Below, piece after piece: positions 25,756 through 34,936 of a DNA stretch of 40,913 nt. The notes beneath the pieces are model-generated. The model saw only the letters and a program-made list of their open reading frames with translations, searched no databases and was not told the origin of the DNA. The stretch lies in assembly GCA_903930485.1 (NCBI GenBank), contig CAIYYO010000245.1:1-40913 (forward strand), written 5' to 3'. The position numbers were made by a program, and so were the translations under genes. How positions within the stretch are numbered: position 1 is the first letter of the stretch; every line of letters starts with the position of its first letter. The stretch comes from Methanobacteriota archaeon (GTDB lineage: Archaea > Altiarchaeota > Altiarchaeia > IMC4 > QMZM01).

Positions 25756-26061
25756 ATGGCAAAAAAAGCAAAGAAAAAAGCGGAAGTAAAATACTATGAG
25801 TTGAAGAAAGGGAAGGTGAAGCACATATTCACCGGCAAGACGCCCAGGCAGGCTGCGCTAAAAGCCGCGACAAGGGGCTTTACCGAGATCAAGCTGCGTG
25901 AAAGAGGCCGAAGGAACAAGGACGGGACGTACAGCATACACTCATTCGCAGGCTCGACTAAGATGGTAGAAGCACCCGCAGACAGGCCCTCATGGCTGCC
26001 TGCGAAAGTGAAGAAGCCGAAAGTCAGCAAGAAAGGCGTCGAAAGGGTAAAGAAGTTCTAA
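25756..26061 (+). CDS. Chromosomal (chromatin) protein MC1
   Basis: 101 aa and basic. FTGKTPRQAALKAATRG...IKLRERGRRNK...HSF...VEAPADRPSWLPAKVKKPKVSKK matches the hallmark MC1 pattern (FTGKQPRQAALKAANRG...RLRERGTKKVHVF...APKNRPAWMP). Confidence 0.85.
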   Translation: MAKKAKKKAEVKYYELKKGKVKHIFTGKTPRQAALKAATRGFTEIKLRERGRRNKDGTYSIHSFAGSTKMVEAPADRPSWLPAKVKKPKVSKKGVERVKKF

Positions 26062-26090
26062 AGAACTTCTATATATTTTCTTTTTTTTTA
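26051..26090 (+). terminator. Hairpin + poly-T terminator after the MC1 gene
   Basis: An 8-bp stem agaagttc-taaa-gaacttct spans the stop codon. It is followed by tatatattttcttttttttta. Confidence 0.55.
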
Positions 26091-26121
26091 TTTATCTGCT
26101 TTAATTGCTTTTTCTATTAAC

Positions 26122-26985
26122 ATGATCCTATTCTCAGGAAGCTCATGCGTTAGTCTAGGGCGCAAGGTGGCGGCCGGTCTGGGCGCCAGGTTGGGCGAGG
26201 CCAAGATAGACCGGTTCCCTGACGGCGAGATATACCTGCGAGCGCTCACCCCTGTAAAAGGCGAGGAATGCGTTCTCGTCCAGTCGACGCTCGGCAACGG
26301 CAACCTGGTGGAACTTATCCTTTTCATGGACCTTTTGCGGGACCGCGGAGCCTCGAAGATACATGCCGTGGTCCCCTATCTTGGATATGCGAGGCAGGAC
26401 AAGTCATTCAACGAAGGCGAGGCCCTGAGCGCCAAGACAGTCCTCAAGGTATTGCACGAATTCCCGGACACCCTGACAACGGTGAACTGCCACTTCCTGG
26501 ACAAGGAAGGCTCATTTCAATTCCACGGCATAGAACTCACGAACATAGACGCGTTCCCGTTGCTCGCCGCCTATTTCAAGGACAGATTAAAGAATCCGGT
26601 CCTTATAGCGCCGGACAAGGGCTCTCTCCACTACGCGAAGCACGCGGCAGAGGCGATAGGCTGCGAATTCGATTTCCTCCAGAAGAAGCGGCTGACGAGC
26701 GAAAAAGTCTTGATCGAGACCAAGAAGCTCTCGGTTGCGGGAAAGGACGCATTGATCCTAGACGACATGATATCCACGGGCGGGACGATCATCGAGGCCG
26801 CCAGGCTCCTGAAAAGCCAGGGGGCGGCGTCGGTTAGCGTGGGATGCGTTCACGGGGTCTTCTCGCACGGGGTGGAAGGTGTTAAGTCCGCGGTGGATTC
26901 GCTGGTATGCACCGACACAATCGACAGGGGGGGCATCAGTGCGGTAAGCGTGGCCGGCCTCATCGCAAAAAGCCTCCAGAGATGA
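26122..26985 (+). CDS. prs: Ribose-phosphate pyrophosphokinase (PRPP synthetase)
   Basis: 287 aa. DRFPDGEIYLR, VVPYLGYARQDK, and the PRPP-binding loop LILDDMISTGGTI. Confidence 0.92.
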   Translation: MILFSGSSCVSLGRKVAAGLGARLGEAKIDRFPDGEIYLRALTPVKGEECVLVQSTLGNGNLVELILFMDLLRDRGASKIHAVVPYLGYARQDKSFNEGEALSAKTVLKVLHEFPDTLTTVNCHFLDKEGSFQFHGIELTNIDAFPLLAAYFKDRLKNPVLIAPDKGSLHYAKHAAEAIGCEFDFLQKKRLTSEKVLIETKKLSVAGKDALILDDMISTGGTIIEAARLLKSQGAASVSVGCVHGVFSHGVEGVKSAVDSLVCTDTIDRGGISAVSVAGLIAKSLQR

Positions 26986-28475
26986 AACTCAAATACGTGG
27001 TTTTCGTCTGCGGAGCCGTTGTGATGGCTCTTGAGATCCTCGGAAGCAGGGTCATCGCTCCTTTCTACGGAAATTCCTTGTATGCGTGGGGGAGCCTTAT
27101 CGGGGTGATATTGGGCGCTCTCAGCCTTGGTTATTATCTCGGCGGAAGGGCGGCAGATAGGGATCCATCATTCCACGGCCTTTCCATGATCATGTTAAAG
27201 GCCGGTTTCCTCATCGCTTTAATCCCCTTTCTCTCTCCCGTTGTGCTAGATCCCTCCCTGGTGTATCTGATGGGTATGAGGTACGGAGCCCTTGTTTCGG
27301 TTCTGTTCCTGTTCACGGCTCCAAGCGTTTATCTCGGGATGGTGTCTCCTTACGCCGTTAAGCTCGAAGCCAAGAACCTGGAGGCCATCGGAAATACTGC
27401 GGGAAACCTGTATGCCATCTCCACGATGGGGAGCATAGCCGGAACGTTTCTCACGTCATTTTTCCTGATACCCGAAATAGGGGTTCAGGCGATAATATAC
27501 CTATTAAGCGCCATCCTCATACTCTCGGCCTTGATTTCTTCAGGGAAAAAGATTCTGGCGCCTATTCTGCTATGGTCTGCGGCCTTTGTCGTAGCGTCTC
27601 TTTCCCTTTCGACTTACAGCACAGCGGCTCCGGATTATTCCATCCTGTTCCAAAAGGACTCAGCATACTATCAGGTAAAGGTCGTTGAAGACGTCAACAA
27701 GTCCGAGAGGCTTCTATTTCTTGACGGATCCTACACCGGAGGCATGTTTACCAACTCAACCGATGCGGTATTTCAATACACCGATTACTTCCATCTGCCT
27801 TACGTACTCGATCGCGGGATATCCGATGTCCTATTCATGGGCGGGGGCGCCGGGACAGGGCCTAAGCGTTTCCGAGGAGCATATCCTGAGGATAACATAG
27901 ATGTGGTCGACATAGATCCGGAAGTGAACAAAGAAGCTTTGGAATATTTCGATCTTCTGGCCGATGAAAAGATGAAGATATATGCCGAAGAGGGCAGGAC
28001 ATTTCTTGCAAATACGCCAAAGAAATACGACCTGATAGTCCTGGACGCGTTCTCTTCGAGAAATACGGTCCCCTACCACTTTATGACCAAGGAATTCATC
28101 GGCACGGTAAAGGACCGTCTGACCGTAAACGGGTCGGTGATCATCAATTTCCACTCCGCGATCACGGGCCCAAAATCAGGCTTGTTCAATGCGGAATACC
28201 GGACGTACAAAGCAGTGTTTCCCACGGTCTACGTATTCCCCGTAGAGTCGGATCCTGAAGAACTACAAAACGTCATAATGATCGCCTCAAAATCCGGCAA
28301 ACGCCTGACAAGGCAGGAATTCATCGAAGGCGCAGGGAATCTGTCAAAGCAAACCGGAATAACGCATTTAGGCGAATATGCGGGCCATCTGCTTGAGACC
28401 GAGCCGGCGGAAGGCATCCTCCTGACCGACGATTACTGTCCTGTTGACAATCTGCTTCTGCCTGCGATAAATTGA
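26982..28475 (+). CDS. Membrane-fused spermidine/spermine synthase-family protein
   Basis: The start is set at MKLKYVVFV (ATG 26982, an ATGA overlap with the prs stop); the track ORF start at 26907 lies inside prs. About 7 N-terminal TM helices precede a class-I methyltransferase-fold aminopropyltransferase region (VLFMGGGAGTGP..., DLIVLDAFS). Confidence 0.8.
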   Translation: MKLKYVVFVCGAVVMALEILGSRVIAPFYGNSLYAWGSLIGVILGALSLGYYLGGRAADRDPSFHGLSMIMLKAGFLIALIPFLSPVVLDPSLVYLMGMRYGALVSVLFLFTAPSVYLGMVSPYAVKLEAKNLEAIGNTAGNLYAISTMGSIAGTFLTSFFLIPEIGVQAIIYLLSAILILSALISSGKKILAPILLWSAAFVVASLSLSTYSTAAPDYSILFQKDSAYYQVKVVEDVNKSERLLFLDGSYTGGMFTNSTDAVFQYTDYFHLPYVLDRGISDVLFMGGGAGTGPKRFRGAYPEDNIDVVDIDPEVNKEALEYFDLLADEKMKIYAEEGRTFLANTPKKYDLIVLDAFSSRNTVPYHFMTKEFIGTVKDRLTVNGSVIINFHSAITGPKSGLFNAEYRTYKAVFPTVYVFPVESDPEELQNVIMIASKSGKRLTRQEFIEGAGNLSKQTGITHLGEYAGHLLETEPAEGILLTDDYCPVDNLLLPAIN

Positions 28476-29222
28476 TCATTCAAACCATTCCCTCAAAGTC
28501 TTTTCCTTTATGTGCCTTATGTCTAGGCTCTCGACGTTGATCTTCTTGTAGTCTATCCCGTCCTTCCTTAAAAGGTTCAAGGCGTTCGGCGTGATCCCTG
28601 GCGCGATGAGTATCCCGTGGGCTTCGCCGATGTATGTTTTGAGCCATTCGGTATATCTTTTTATCTGCAGGGCGGCGGGCAGCCCGGCCTTCTCGATCTT
28701 CAATTCAACGACGACGTATTTGTCGCCGATCTTGCCGTACATGTCGAAGAATCCGAGCGGGGACTGGTGCTCTGTCGATATCAGCCTGAAGTCCGGGTGC
28801 ACGAGCTTCGGGTTCTTGACCAGGTAATCCTGGAGGTCCTGCTCGGAATGAGTGAGATCCAGTTTTTCGTCGTCCACCAGGCCGGAGTAAGACTTGTAGT
28901 CGACTATCTCCTTTACTATGACCTTCATCTCCTCGAAGGGCTTCTTGGTCCTCTGGCTGTACAAGATAACGTCGCTGCCAGCGTATTCCGCAACGGTCTC
29001 GGTCGGAGAGTTCATCCAGTTGACGGGCTTGTAGCCGGAGACGCTGTGGATCAGGAGCGTAGAATCCTTCTTGATGGTGATCAGCCGGTGGCCTAAGCCT
29101 ATCGTCGAACGGGACCTGCCGCTGTATTCGATAACGCAGCTGCACAATATGATGATGAGCTTGCGCTCCTCTATGTCCTGGTTTATCCGGTTGTAGACGT
29201 CTGGGTTGATCATGGCAAGCAT
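28476..29222 (-). CDS. nucS: Endonuclease NucS / EndoMS
   Basis: 248 aa. N-terminal half-barrel region (IILCSCVIEYSGRS...) and a C-terminal RecB-like nuclease core (FFDMYGKIGDKYVVVELKIEKAGLPAALQIKRY). Confidence 0.88.
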   Translation of the reverse strand: MLAMINPDVYNRINQDIEERKLIIILCSCVIEYSGRSRSTIGLGHRLITIKKDSTLLIHSVSGYKPVNWMNSPTETVAEYAGSDVILYSQRTKKPFEEMKVIVKEIVDYKSYSGLVDDEKLDLTHSEQDLQDYLVKNPKLVHPDFRLISTEHQSPLGFFDMYGKIGDKYVVVELKIEKAGLPAALQIKRYTEWLKTYIGEAHGILIAPGITPNALNLLRKDGIDYKKINVESLDIRHIKEKTLREWFE

Positions 29223-29269
29223 TTATAGGATAATATAGTGGAACGAACAAAGTAAATAGCGGACAATAA

Positions 29270-29365
29270 AATACTGTGGTCTAAAGGCCGCAGTATTGCT
29301 CTCAAAAGCGGCAGGTTGAGAGCATCCATCCTCGGCCTAAAAGGCCGAGGTATCCTGCCGCTTTT
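29270..29365 (+). promoter_or_regulatory. Multi-hairpin structured element (candidate 5' leader / small ncRNA) abutting the start codon of the A24 peptidase gene
   Basis: - H1: 29270..29297, a 12-bp stem (two G.U pairs) with loop taaa.
- Outer helix: 12 bp perfect, aaaagcggcagg (29304..29315) with cctgccgctttt (29354..29365).
- Inner hairpin: 8 bp, cctcggcc-taaaa-ggccgagg (29330..29350), enclosed by the outer helix.
- Alternative or pseudoknot pairing: tgctctcaa (29297..29305) with ttgagagca (29316..29324).
- TATA-like tttatagg/ataatata at 29222..29237. Confidence 0.45.
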
Positions 29366-30457
29366 GTGATGCAACCCCTGCTCGATCTATTCTCGGTATT
29401 GACGGCGCTGGCCGGCTGTTTTATCGCCCTCAGGTCCGACCTGGCGACCGGGAAGATCCCTAATAGGCTGACTAATAGAATGCTTGCGGCATCGTTTATT
29501 CTGATGATCCTCCGGGTTTTTTCAGGGGACTCGTCATACCTCGGGCTGTATCTTCTGAATTTCGCAGCAGGCTTCGTCATCGGGTTCGTTTTCTGGTACG
29601 TCCAGGCATGGTCGGGCGGAGACGCCAAGATATTCTGGGCCATCGCATCCCTGATACTAGTTTATCCTCCGGCGCTGGAGGGGTTGTTTGGGGTGAGCCA
29701 GCCTTATTATTCCTCTCAGGTTTTTGCAGTGACCGTACTTTTCAACATGGGGCTGCTGCTCCTATTGCGTTTTCTTTTCATGGGATTAACCAAATTCCTG
29801 AAAGAAGGAAAGATAATAGACGCTTTCAGGCTCACGACGTCCCCGATGATCTATATCATGGCGTCTACCTTGATCGGGACCGGATTGGCGGCCGTGGCAG
29901 GAATACCTGCCTTGATTTACGTTTCGTGGCCGGTTATCTTTCTCCTTTCCGTAATAGAGCGGAGCTCGTACAGGAAATTCCTGGTTTCATCGGCTCTCAT
30001 AGCCGTTCTAGGGTTCGCGGCACTATCTCTGACGTCTAAACAGAACATTGCCTACGAACTGCTCTCGAACAAGCAAACGCTTGGCATAGCATTCCTCCTT
30101 TCGGCTTATGCAGCAGGCTCAAGGATCCCTTTCACGAAAAATATGCCCATCAAGGATTTAAAGACAGGGATATCGGTGGCCGAGGAAATATACACCACGG
30201 ACGGCTCGATCATCCGCGAGGAAGTCAATCCTTCCCTTATGTATTCCTTTCTCTCGATTCTGAAGCCCAGGAGAAACTATATCGTCCGTCCCACCCCGGC
30301 AGGCCTTTCAGAAAGGGACATAGAGGAGTTGAAAACGCATGAAGCCGATCTTGGAGGTTCCATTAAGGTAAACCAGAGCTTCCTGTTGATGCCCTATATA
30401 ACCGCCGCCCTGCTGCTTTCTCTGTATGCTGATTTCCTGTGGATCCTGCTTTCCTGA
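29366..30457 (+). CDS. A24-family aspartic prepilin peptidase (TadV/CpaA/PibD-like), copy 2, adjacent to the pilus locus
   Basis: 363 aa and polytopic. First Asp in IALRSDLATGKIPN, second in AWSGGDAKIFWAI. The start is GTG 29366 or ATG 29369. Confidence 0.78.
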   Translation: MMQPLLDLFSVLTALAGCFIALRSDLATGKIPNRLTNRMLAASFILMILRVFSGDSSYLGLYLLNFAAGFVIGFVFWYVQAWSGGDAKIFWAIASLILVYPPALEGLFGVSQPYYSSQVFAVTVLFNMGLLLLLRFLFMGLTKFLKEGKIIDAFRLTTSPMIYIMASTLIGTGLAAVAGIPALIYVSWPVIFLLSVIERSSYRKFLVSSALIAVLGFAALSLTSKQNIAYELLSNKQTLGIAFLLSAYAAGSRIPFTKNMPIKDLKTGISVAEEIYTTDGSIIREEVNPSLMYSFLSILKPRRNYIVRPTPAGLSERDIEELKTHEADLGGSIKVNQSFLLMPYITAALLLSLYADFLWILLS

Positions 30458-30470
30458 TTCCCGCGGGGAA

Positions 30471-32339
30471 TCACATCATGCCTTCAAAAACGAGCTGCAT
30501 GACCACGACCGTCAGGGAGAATATGATCGCCGCTACCGGGAGATAGATCCCGAGATGGTATTTCTTTATCACGGCATCCCTGCCGTATATCAGGTCGTCC
30601 GAGAACATGGCAAGGATAGCCGTCGTCTCTAGGACGTAGATGCCTATCACCAGTTTGATGACCTCGGGGTTCAGCGTCTTTACGACAAGGCCTCCGAAGC
30701 CGAGCCCGGAGACGTCGCTTTCGCTCAAGGTCTTGGATAGCAGATAGCCGAGGCTTGTAGCTACCCCGCCCACGAGGGGGCCGACGAACACTGCGATAAT
30801 CACCATGGACGCTGTGACGTTGCCGATGATCTTCTTCATCTCGGCATCGACGGTCCGCATATTCCTTATGTGCTCGGACAGCCGTATTATCACCGAGGCG
30901 ATGGATTTCGAATTCCTGCCGGACATCGATACGATGGTGTCGAGGGAGCTGTGTATCATCTCGGAGTATATTTTTGAGGCCGAGCCTCCCCTCTTTCCGA
31001 AGAACGCTTCGCGCATGTCGATATTGAACAGCCGGATGTTGTTCGCTGCCATGGAGAAGATGTTGGCCGTGCGTCCCCTGTTCAGGTCCGAGATGTGCGC
31101 CATTGCGTTAGGAAGGGGCCGGCCGCTCGACAAAAGAACTGAAAGCTGCCTGAGGGTTTCGGAAAATTCTTCTTCTATGTCCTTTATCTCGTCCCTCATT
31201 TTCTTTACGCTGTAAGACGATCCTACCAAGTAAATGCCCAAACCGACTGTTATGCCGATGAGGATGAGCGACGTACCTAAAGGATAGTTCGGCGCCTCGT
31301 CACGCAGCGAGGAACCGAGGTCGAGAAAGCCGAGAAGGCAAATAGAGGCGGCGATAAGTGCTATCACTCCGTAAAAGGCGTACCTTACCGGCCTGTTCCC
31401 GGCCTTTATGCCGAAGAATCGGTTGTACTCCTCTGCGGGGATCTCTATCGGCGGAAATGTTATGGGCTTGCTGCTTATGATGAAGCTGACGGCGATGTAT
31501 AATAGTATTGGGAGGACGACGTCGTAGAGGAAGAATATTACGAGAGGCGAGACCTCTATCCCGATGGTCGGCATCACGGGTACAAGGCCTATGAAAATGA
31601 GCGGGAGTATAACAAGAAATGTGAAAACAACGAGGATGGGCGTTTCGAGCTTTCTCGAAGCCGTATCTGTCCTTTCTCGCAGCCCGCTGAGGAGGACGTT
31701 CATCCCGTTGTCGAGCATCATCCACCGGTTCTTCTCGCTGGATTCCAGCGTCGAGGCAATCAAGAGCTGCATGAAGGCCTTGAACTCAGGGATATTGCCC
31801 CACTCGTCTGCGAATTTGGACAAAGACTCGACGATGCTCGAGCTTCTGCCCATGTCTATGTCGAAGACCATCCTCTTTAAAAGCTTCTTCGGAAAACCCG
31901 GGGTATGCTCTGAAGCGAACTCGACCGCCTTCTCGATTATCGGGCTGATGCGTAGAGAGATGACAAGGTAGCTTGCTATGGCTGGTATGTGCCCCAGCAT
32001 CTCGGTCTTCTTCGATTCCAGGAGTATCTGCGGGTATTTCTCGACGTACAGGTAAACGGCCAACGGAAGAATGAGAAAGAAGACGTACAAAGGCGTGAAC
32101 AGAGTAGAAGAGACCATCGAAACCAATACCATCGCCAGGATGAGGATGAATAAGACTATAGCTGCTCCAAGGGATAGAGCATGCACCTCCTTAGGCTTTA
32201 CTTTGATCTCGAGAAGGTCCAAGGTGTCTTCAAGGAGCTTGTCCTGTTTAGACGTTTTCTCCTGCTCGACGGTCTTTCCAAGATGCCTGTAGGCCAGACG
32301 GCATAAGCTTTCGAACAGCGTTGGACGGTCCTTTTTCAT
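30471..32339 (-). CDS. Type IV pilus platform membrane protein, fused TadB/TadC (FlaJ/PilC, T2SS-F) type
   Basis: 622 aa and polytopic. Two cytoplasmic helical T2SSF-like modules are each followed by TM segments. It lies immediately downstream of the secretion ATPase in the same orientation. Confidence 0.75.
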   Translation of the reverse strand: MKKDRPTLFESLCRLAYRHLGKTVEQEKTSKQDKLLEDTLDLLEIKVKPKEVHALSLGAAIVLFILILAMVLVSMVSSTLFTPLYVFFLILPLAVYLYVEKYPQILLESKKTEMLGHIPAIASYLVISLRISPIIEKAVEFASEHTPGFPKKLLKRMVFDIDMGRSSSIVESLSKFADEWGNIPEFKAFMQLLIASTLESSEKNRWMMLDNGMNVLLSGLRERTDTASRKLETPILVVFTFLVILPLIFIGLVPVMPTIGIEVSPLVIFFLYDVVLPILLYIAVSFIISSKPITFPPIEIPAEEYNRFFGIKAGNRPVRYAFYGVIALIAASICLLGFLDLGSSLRDEAPNYPLGTSLILIGITVGLGIYLVGSSYSVKKMRDEIKDIEEEFSETLRQLSVLLSSGRPLPNAMAHISDLNRGRTANIFSMAANNIRLFNIDMREAFFGKRGGSASKIYSEMIHSSLDTIVSMSGRNSKSIASVIIRLSEHIRNMRTVDAEMKKIIGNVTASMVIIAVFVGPLVGGVATSLGYLLSKTLSESDVSGLGFGGLVVKTLNPEVIKLVIGIYVLETTAILAMFSDDLIYGRDAVIKKYHLGIYLPVAAIIFSLTVVVMQLVFEGMM

Positions 32340-32346
32340 GTTCTCT

Positions 32347-34683
32347 TCAAGCCTTCTTCGCCTTCAACGCCTTAACGTATTTCTCGGCCCAGGCAGCCCA
32401 TTTGTCGAAGATCTTGTCGTAATCCACGTCCCGGAACCTGCCTCCGTCCCTGTATCTCTGGTCGTCCACCATCGACAAATATTTTTTATTGTAGTCGGCA
32501 GAAGCCTTAAGCTCAAGGATTTCATGCAATCCGGTAACACGGTGCCAGCCGATGATCTTTTCATACATCTTCGACCTCACCAAAGTTTCCTTCCACACGT
32601 GCTCGAGAGTGGTTCCCCTCCGGCCGGCGACGAACCTGATAATCTGCGAGCTTTTAGGATCCAAGCCCTGCGGCACTTCAAGGCAGTCTTTTTCGCTGTC
32701 GTACTCCATCAGGGTCGTGAAAAGGCTATCGGCCTGGGCTCCGCTTCCTATGCTCTCTATGTCTACGTCTTTGTTCAGCTCCGCGATCTCGCTGACTCTC
32801 CGACCTACCGGAAGCCTCTGCGTCACTACCACGGCGTCGGTGGCCTTGAAAGACGTCGCCGGGATGTTCAAGTCGTAAACCACTCGTTCGAAAACGTCTC
32901 TCGGGCCTCTCCCGTGGATCGTTCCTAGGACGGTGTTGCCGGTAGCTCCGACACGTATCGATTCGTACAATACTCTGGCTTCCTGTCCCCTTACCTCCCC
33001 GACGACGATGCTCGACTCCCCCATACGCAAAGAAGACCTCAGCGCGTCATCTGCGGTGATGTTTATCCCCTCGCTCGTGGTTATCGGCTTAGACAGCATC
33101 CTCTGGACCCGGAAACCGATCGCGTTCATCTCCGGGACAGGCAGCTCCAAGGTGTCTTCAAGAGTCAGTATCCTGTACTTAGGATTCATCGACGACATGA
33201 TGCCCCCGAGAAAAGACGACTTGCCGGTTCCGCGGCCGCCTACGATGAGAAGCGCCACCTGGTCGTTGACCATCAAAGTCAGAAGGGCGGCGCCTAGCGG
33301 CGATATCATCTTGTTCTCGACGAACATCGGCATCGTCCAGGGGATCTCGTTCTTGCACCGCAGAGAGAAAGCGATCCCGTCAGGCGAAAGCGGCGGCGCT
33401 ATCACGCTGACACGCGTCTTCAATTCCTCCAGGTCCATGTCCAGTATCGGAGAATTAGGAGAGAGACCTATCCCGCTCTTTAGCACGAATTTCAGGACAA
33501 AGTTGTTGCCCCTGTCCTCGGAGAGATAAATGTTGGTCCTGCAGTCGTCATGGTCGCGGTGCTTGACGTAGACCGGCGTCGTCTCCATCGGCGAATTCAC
33601 ATACACGTCGTTAATATTCGGGTCTTTCAAGAGGAGCTCAATCACGTCCAGGCCTCGCGTGCACCTTATAAGAGTAGAGACCAACTCATTGGTTTCCTTG
33701 ATGCCGAGCAAGATCCCTTTAAGAGAAGCCTCCTCCAGAAGCCTTATCTTGCAAAGAGCCTCGAACTTCTTCTTCGCGCTCTGAGACGTATCCGTCGACT
33801 CTATCTGGCTGCCGGCCGTCTTGAGAAGCCAATCCCTCGTCTGGATAAGAAGCTCAAGGATTTCGGGCTTAGACCGCAGCTCGTACTCCGGAGGTATTAT
33901 GTAATAAAGGTCCTCGTTCCAGGAAGGGATCCTGTAAAGCCTGACCCTCGCCCCGCATACGAAATATTCCTTGCCGAGCGGCTTCGCGTCTTCGGGAAGG
34001 TCCAGCACTATCCTTGCCTCGGAAAGGAACGGCCTCACCTTTGCGATAAAGATCTTCCGGTAAACATCCGAAGTCTTCAGGTCAGGGTAATCAAGGGATT
34101 TTTCGACAAGCTTCGTCTCCTTAAGAGATTTCTTCAAGTAGTCAAGGGTACTTATCCTAAGGTTCGCGCACTTCCGGCATTCAGGCTTTAAATGAACTAT
34201 CTCTTTTTCAACAGGGGAATCCAGGCCCCTATAAGCTTTTATCGGGTCGGTCTTGATCGATTCTATCAACGTCTCCCTCAGGTTTTTCACGTTCTCGGCG
34301 CATTCGCCGCACTCCTCCCGGTATATGCCGAAACATGCCCCGCCGGCGTTGACTGCGATCTCGGATATCTCTTTAAGGGTCTCGACTTCCTCTTTTTCGT
34401 ATTCTTCTGTTGTAAGCCGTCTTGAGAATTCTATCTTGTCTACCGGGTTCTGGATGAGCTTTGTTATCACTTGTTTCCTGCATACGTCATCAGAAAGATT
34501 GGAGGAATGCCTGCATCCTTCGCAGTTCATCCTTAAAGTGGTAAGGCCTACTGCATGGTCTATGTCGTAGCGTTCTTCGCAGGGCGGGACGTATTCGGTG
34601 TTTGTTTTTTTGCCGATCAGCTTCATGACTTCGTCTCTTATCTTTTCGGCATCGCTTATCCTGCTTTGGTTTTCTTTAGGCAT
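32347..34683 (-). CDS. Type II/IV secretion-family ATPase (TadA/FlaI/PilB-like) with a ~370-aa N-terminal extension rich in CxxC pairs
   Basis: 778 aa. Walker A LLIVGGRGTGKSSFLGG (33214..33240). The downstream ILTLEDTLEL and GESSIVVGEVRG are typical of the Asp/His boxes and Walker B region. The N-terminus contains CEGC, CGEC and CRKC. Confidence 0.9.
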   Translation of the reverse strand: MPKENQSRISDAEKIRDEVMKLIGKKTNTEYVPPCEERYDIDHAVGLTTLRMNCEGCRHSSNLSDDVCRKQVITKLIQNPVDKIEFSRRLTTEEYEKEEVETLKEISEIAVNAGGACFGIYREECGECAENVKNLRETLIESIKTDPIKAYRGLDSPVEKEIVHLKPECRKCANLRISTLDYLKKSLKETKLVEKSLDYPDLKTSDVYRKIFIAKVRPFLSEARIVLDLPEDAKPLGKEYFVCGARVRLYRIPSWNEDLYYIIPPEYELRSKPEILELLIQTRDWLLKTAGSQIESTDTSQSAKKKFEALCKIRLLEEASLKGILLGIKETNELVSTLIRCTRGLDVIELLLKDPNINDVYVNSPMETTPVYVKHRDHDDCRTNIYLSEDRGNNFVLKFVLKSGIGLSPNSPILDMDLEELKTRVSVIAPPLSPDGIAFSLRCKNEIPWTMPMFVENKMISPLGAALLTLMVNDQVALLIVGGRGTGKSSFLGGIMSSMNPKYRILTLEDTLELPVPEMNAIGFRVQRMLSKPITTSEGINITADDALRSSLRMGESSIVVGEVRGQEARVLYESIRVGATGNTVLGTIHGRGPRDVFERVVYDLNIPATSFKATDAVVVTQRLPVGRRVSEIAELNKDVDIESIGSGAQADSLFTTLMEYDSEKDCLEVPQGLDPKSSQIIRFVAGRRGTTLEHVWKETLVRSKMYEKIIGWHRVTGLHEILELKASADYNKKYLSMVDDQRYRDGGRFRDVDYDKIFDKWAAWAEKYVKALKAKKA

Positions 34684-34936
34684 TTTGGATTTGCAGAAGG
34701 TAGACTAGGTTAAATAATAGAAATATATATGTATTAAATGTTTATAAATTATGTATATATTATGGTAATTGTTCATAAATAAGCCATTAAATAGTAATAA
34801 ATGTCTGGAAATAATGTAATCGGGCTTATGAACCTGCTTTAGGGGTTAATCTATAGAATTATAAATATTGTTTAATATTTAAATACAAATTACATATAAT
34901 TTACTAATAAATTTAAAGATAAACGACAAAAGTAAA
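34684..34936. promoter_or_regulatory. Very AT-rich divergent control region between the ATPase operon (-) and the pilin operon (+)
   Basis: 253 bp, far more AT-rich than the coding flanks. It contains many TATA-like elements, e.g. catataat at 34893..34900, about 37 nt upstream of the first pilin ATG. Confidence 0.5.

Noticed and set aside
29302-29643. 113-aa minus-strand ORF spanning the structured spacer and the start of the A24 peptidase gene
   Set aside because: It overlaps a well-supported + strand membrane-protein gene and runs through the palindromic spacer. Its composition is unconvincing.
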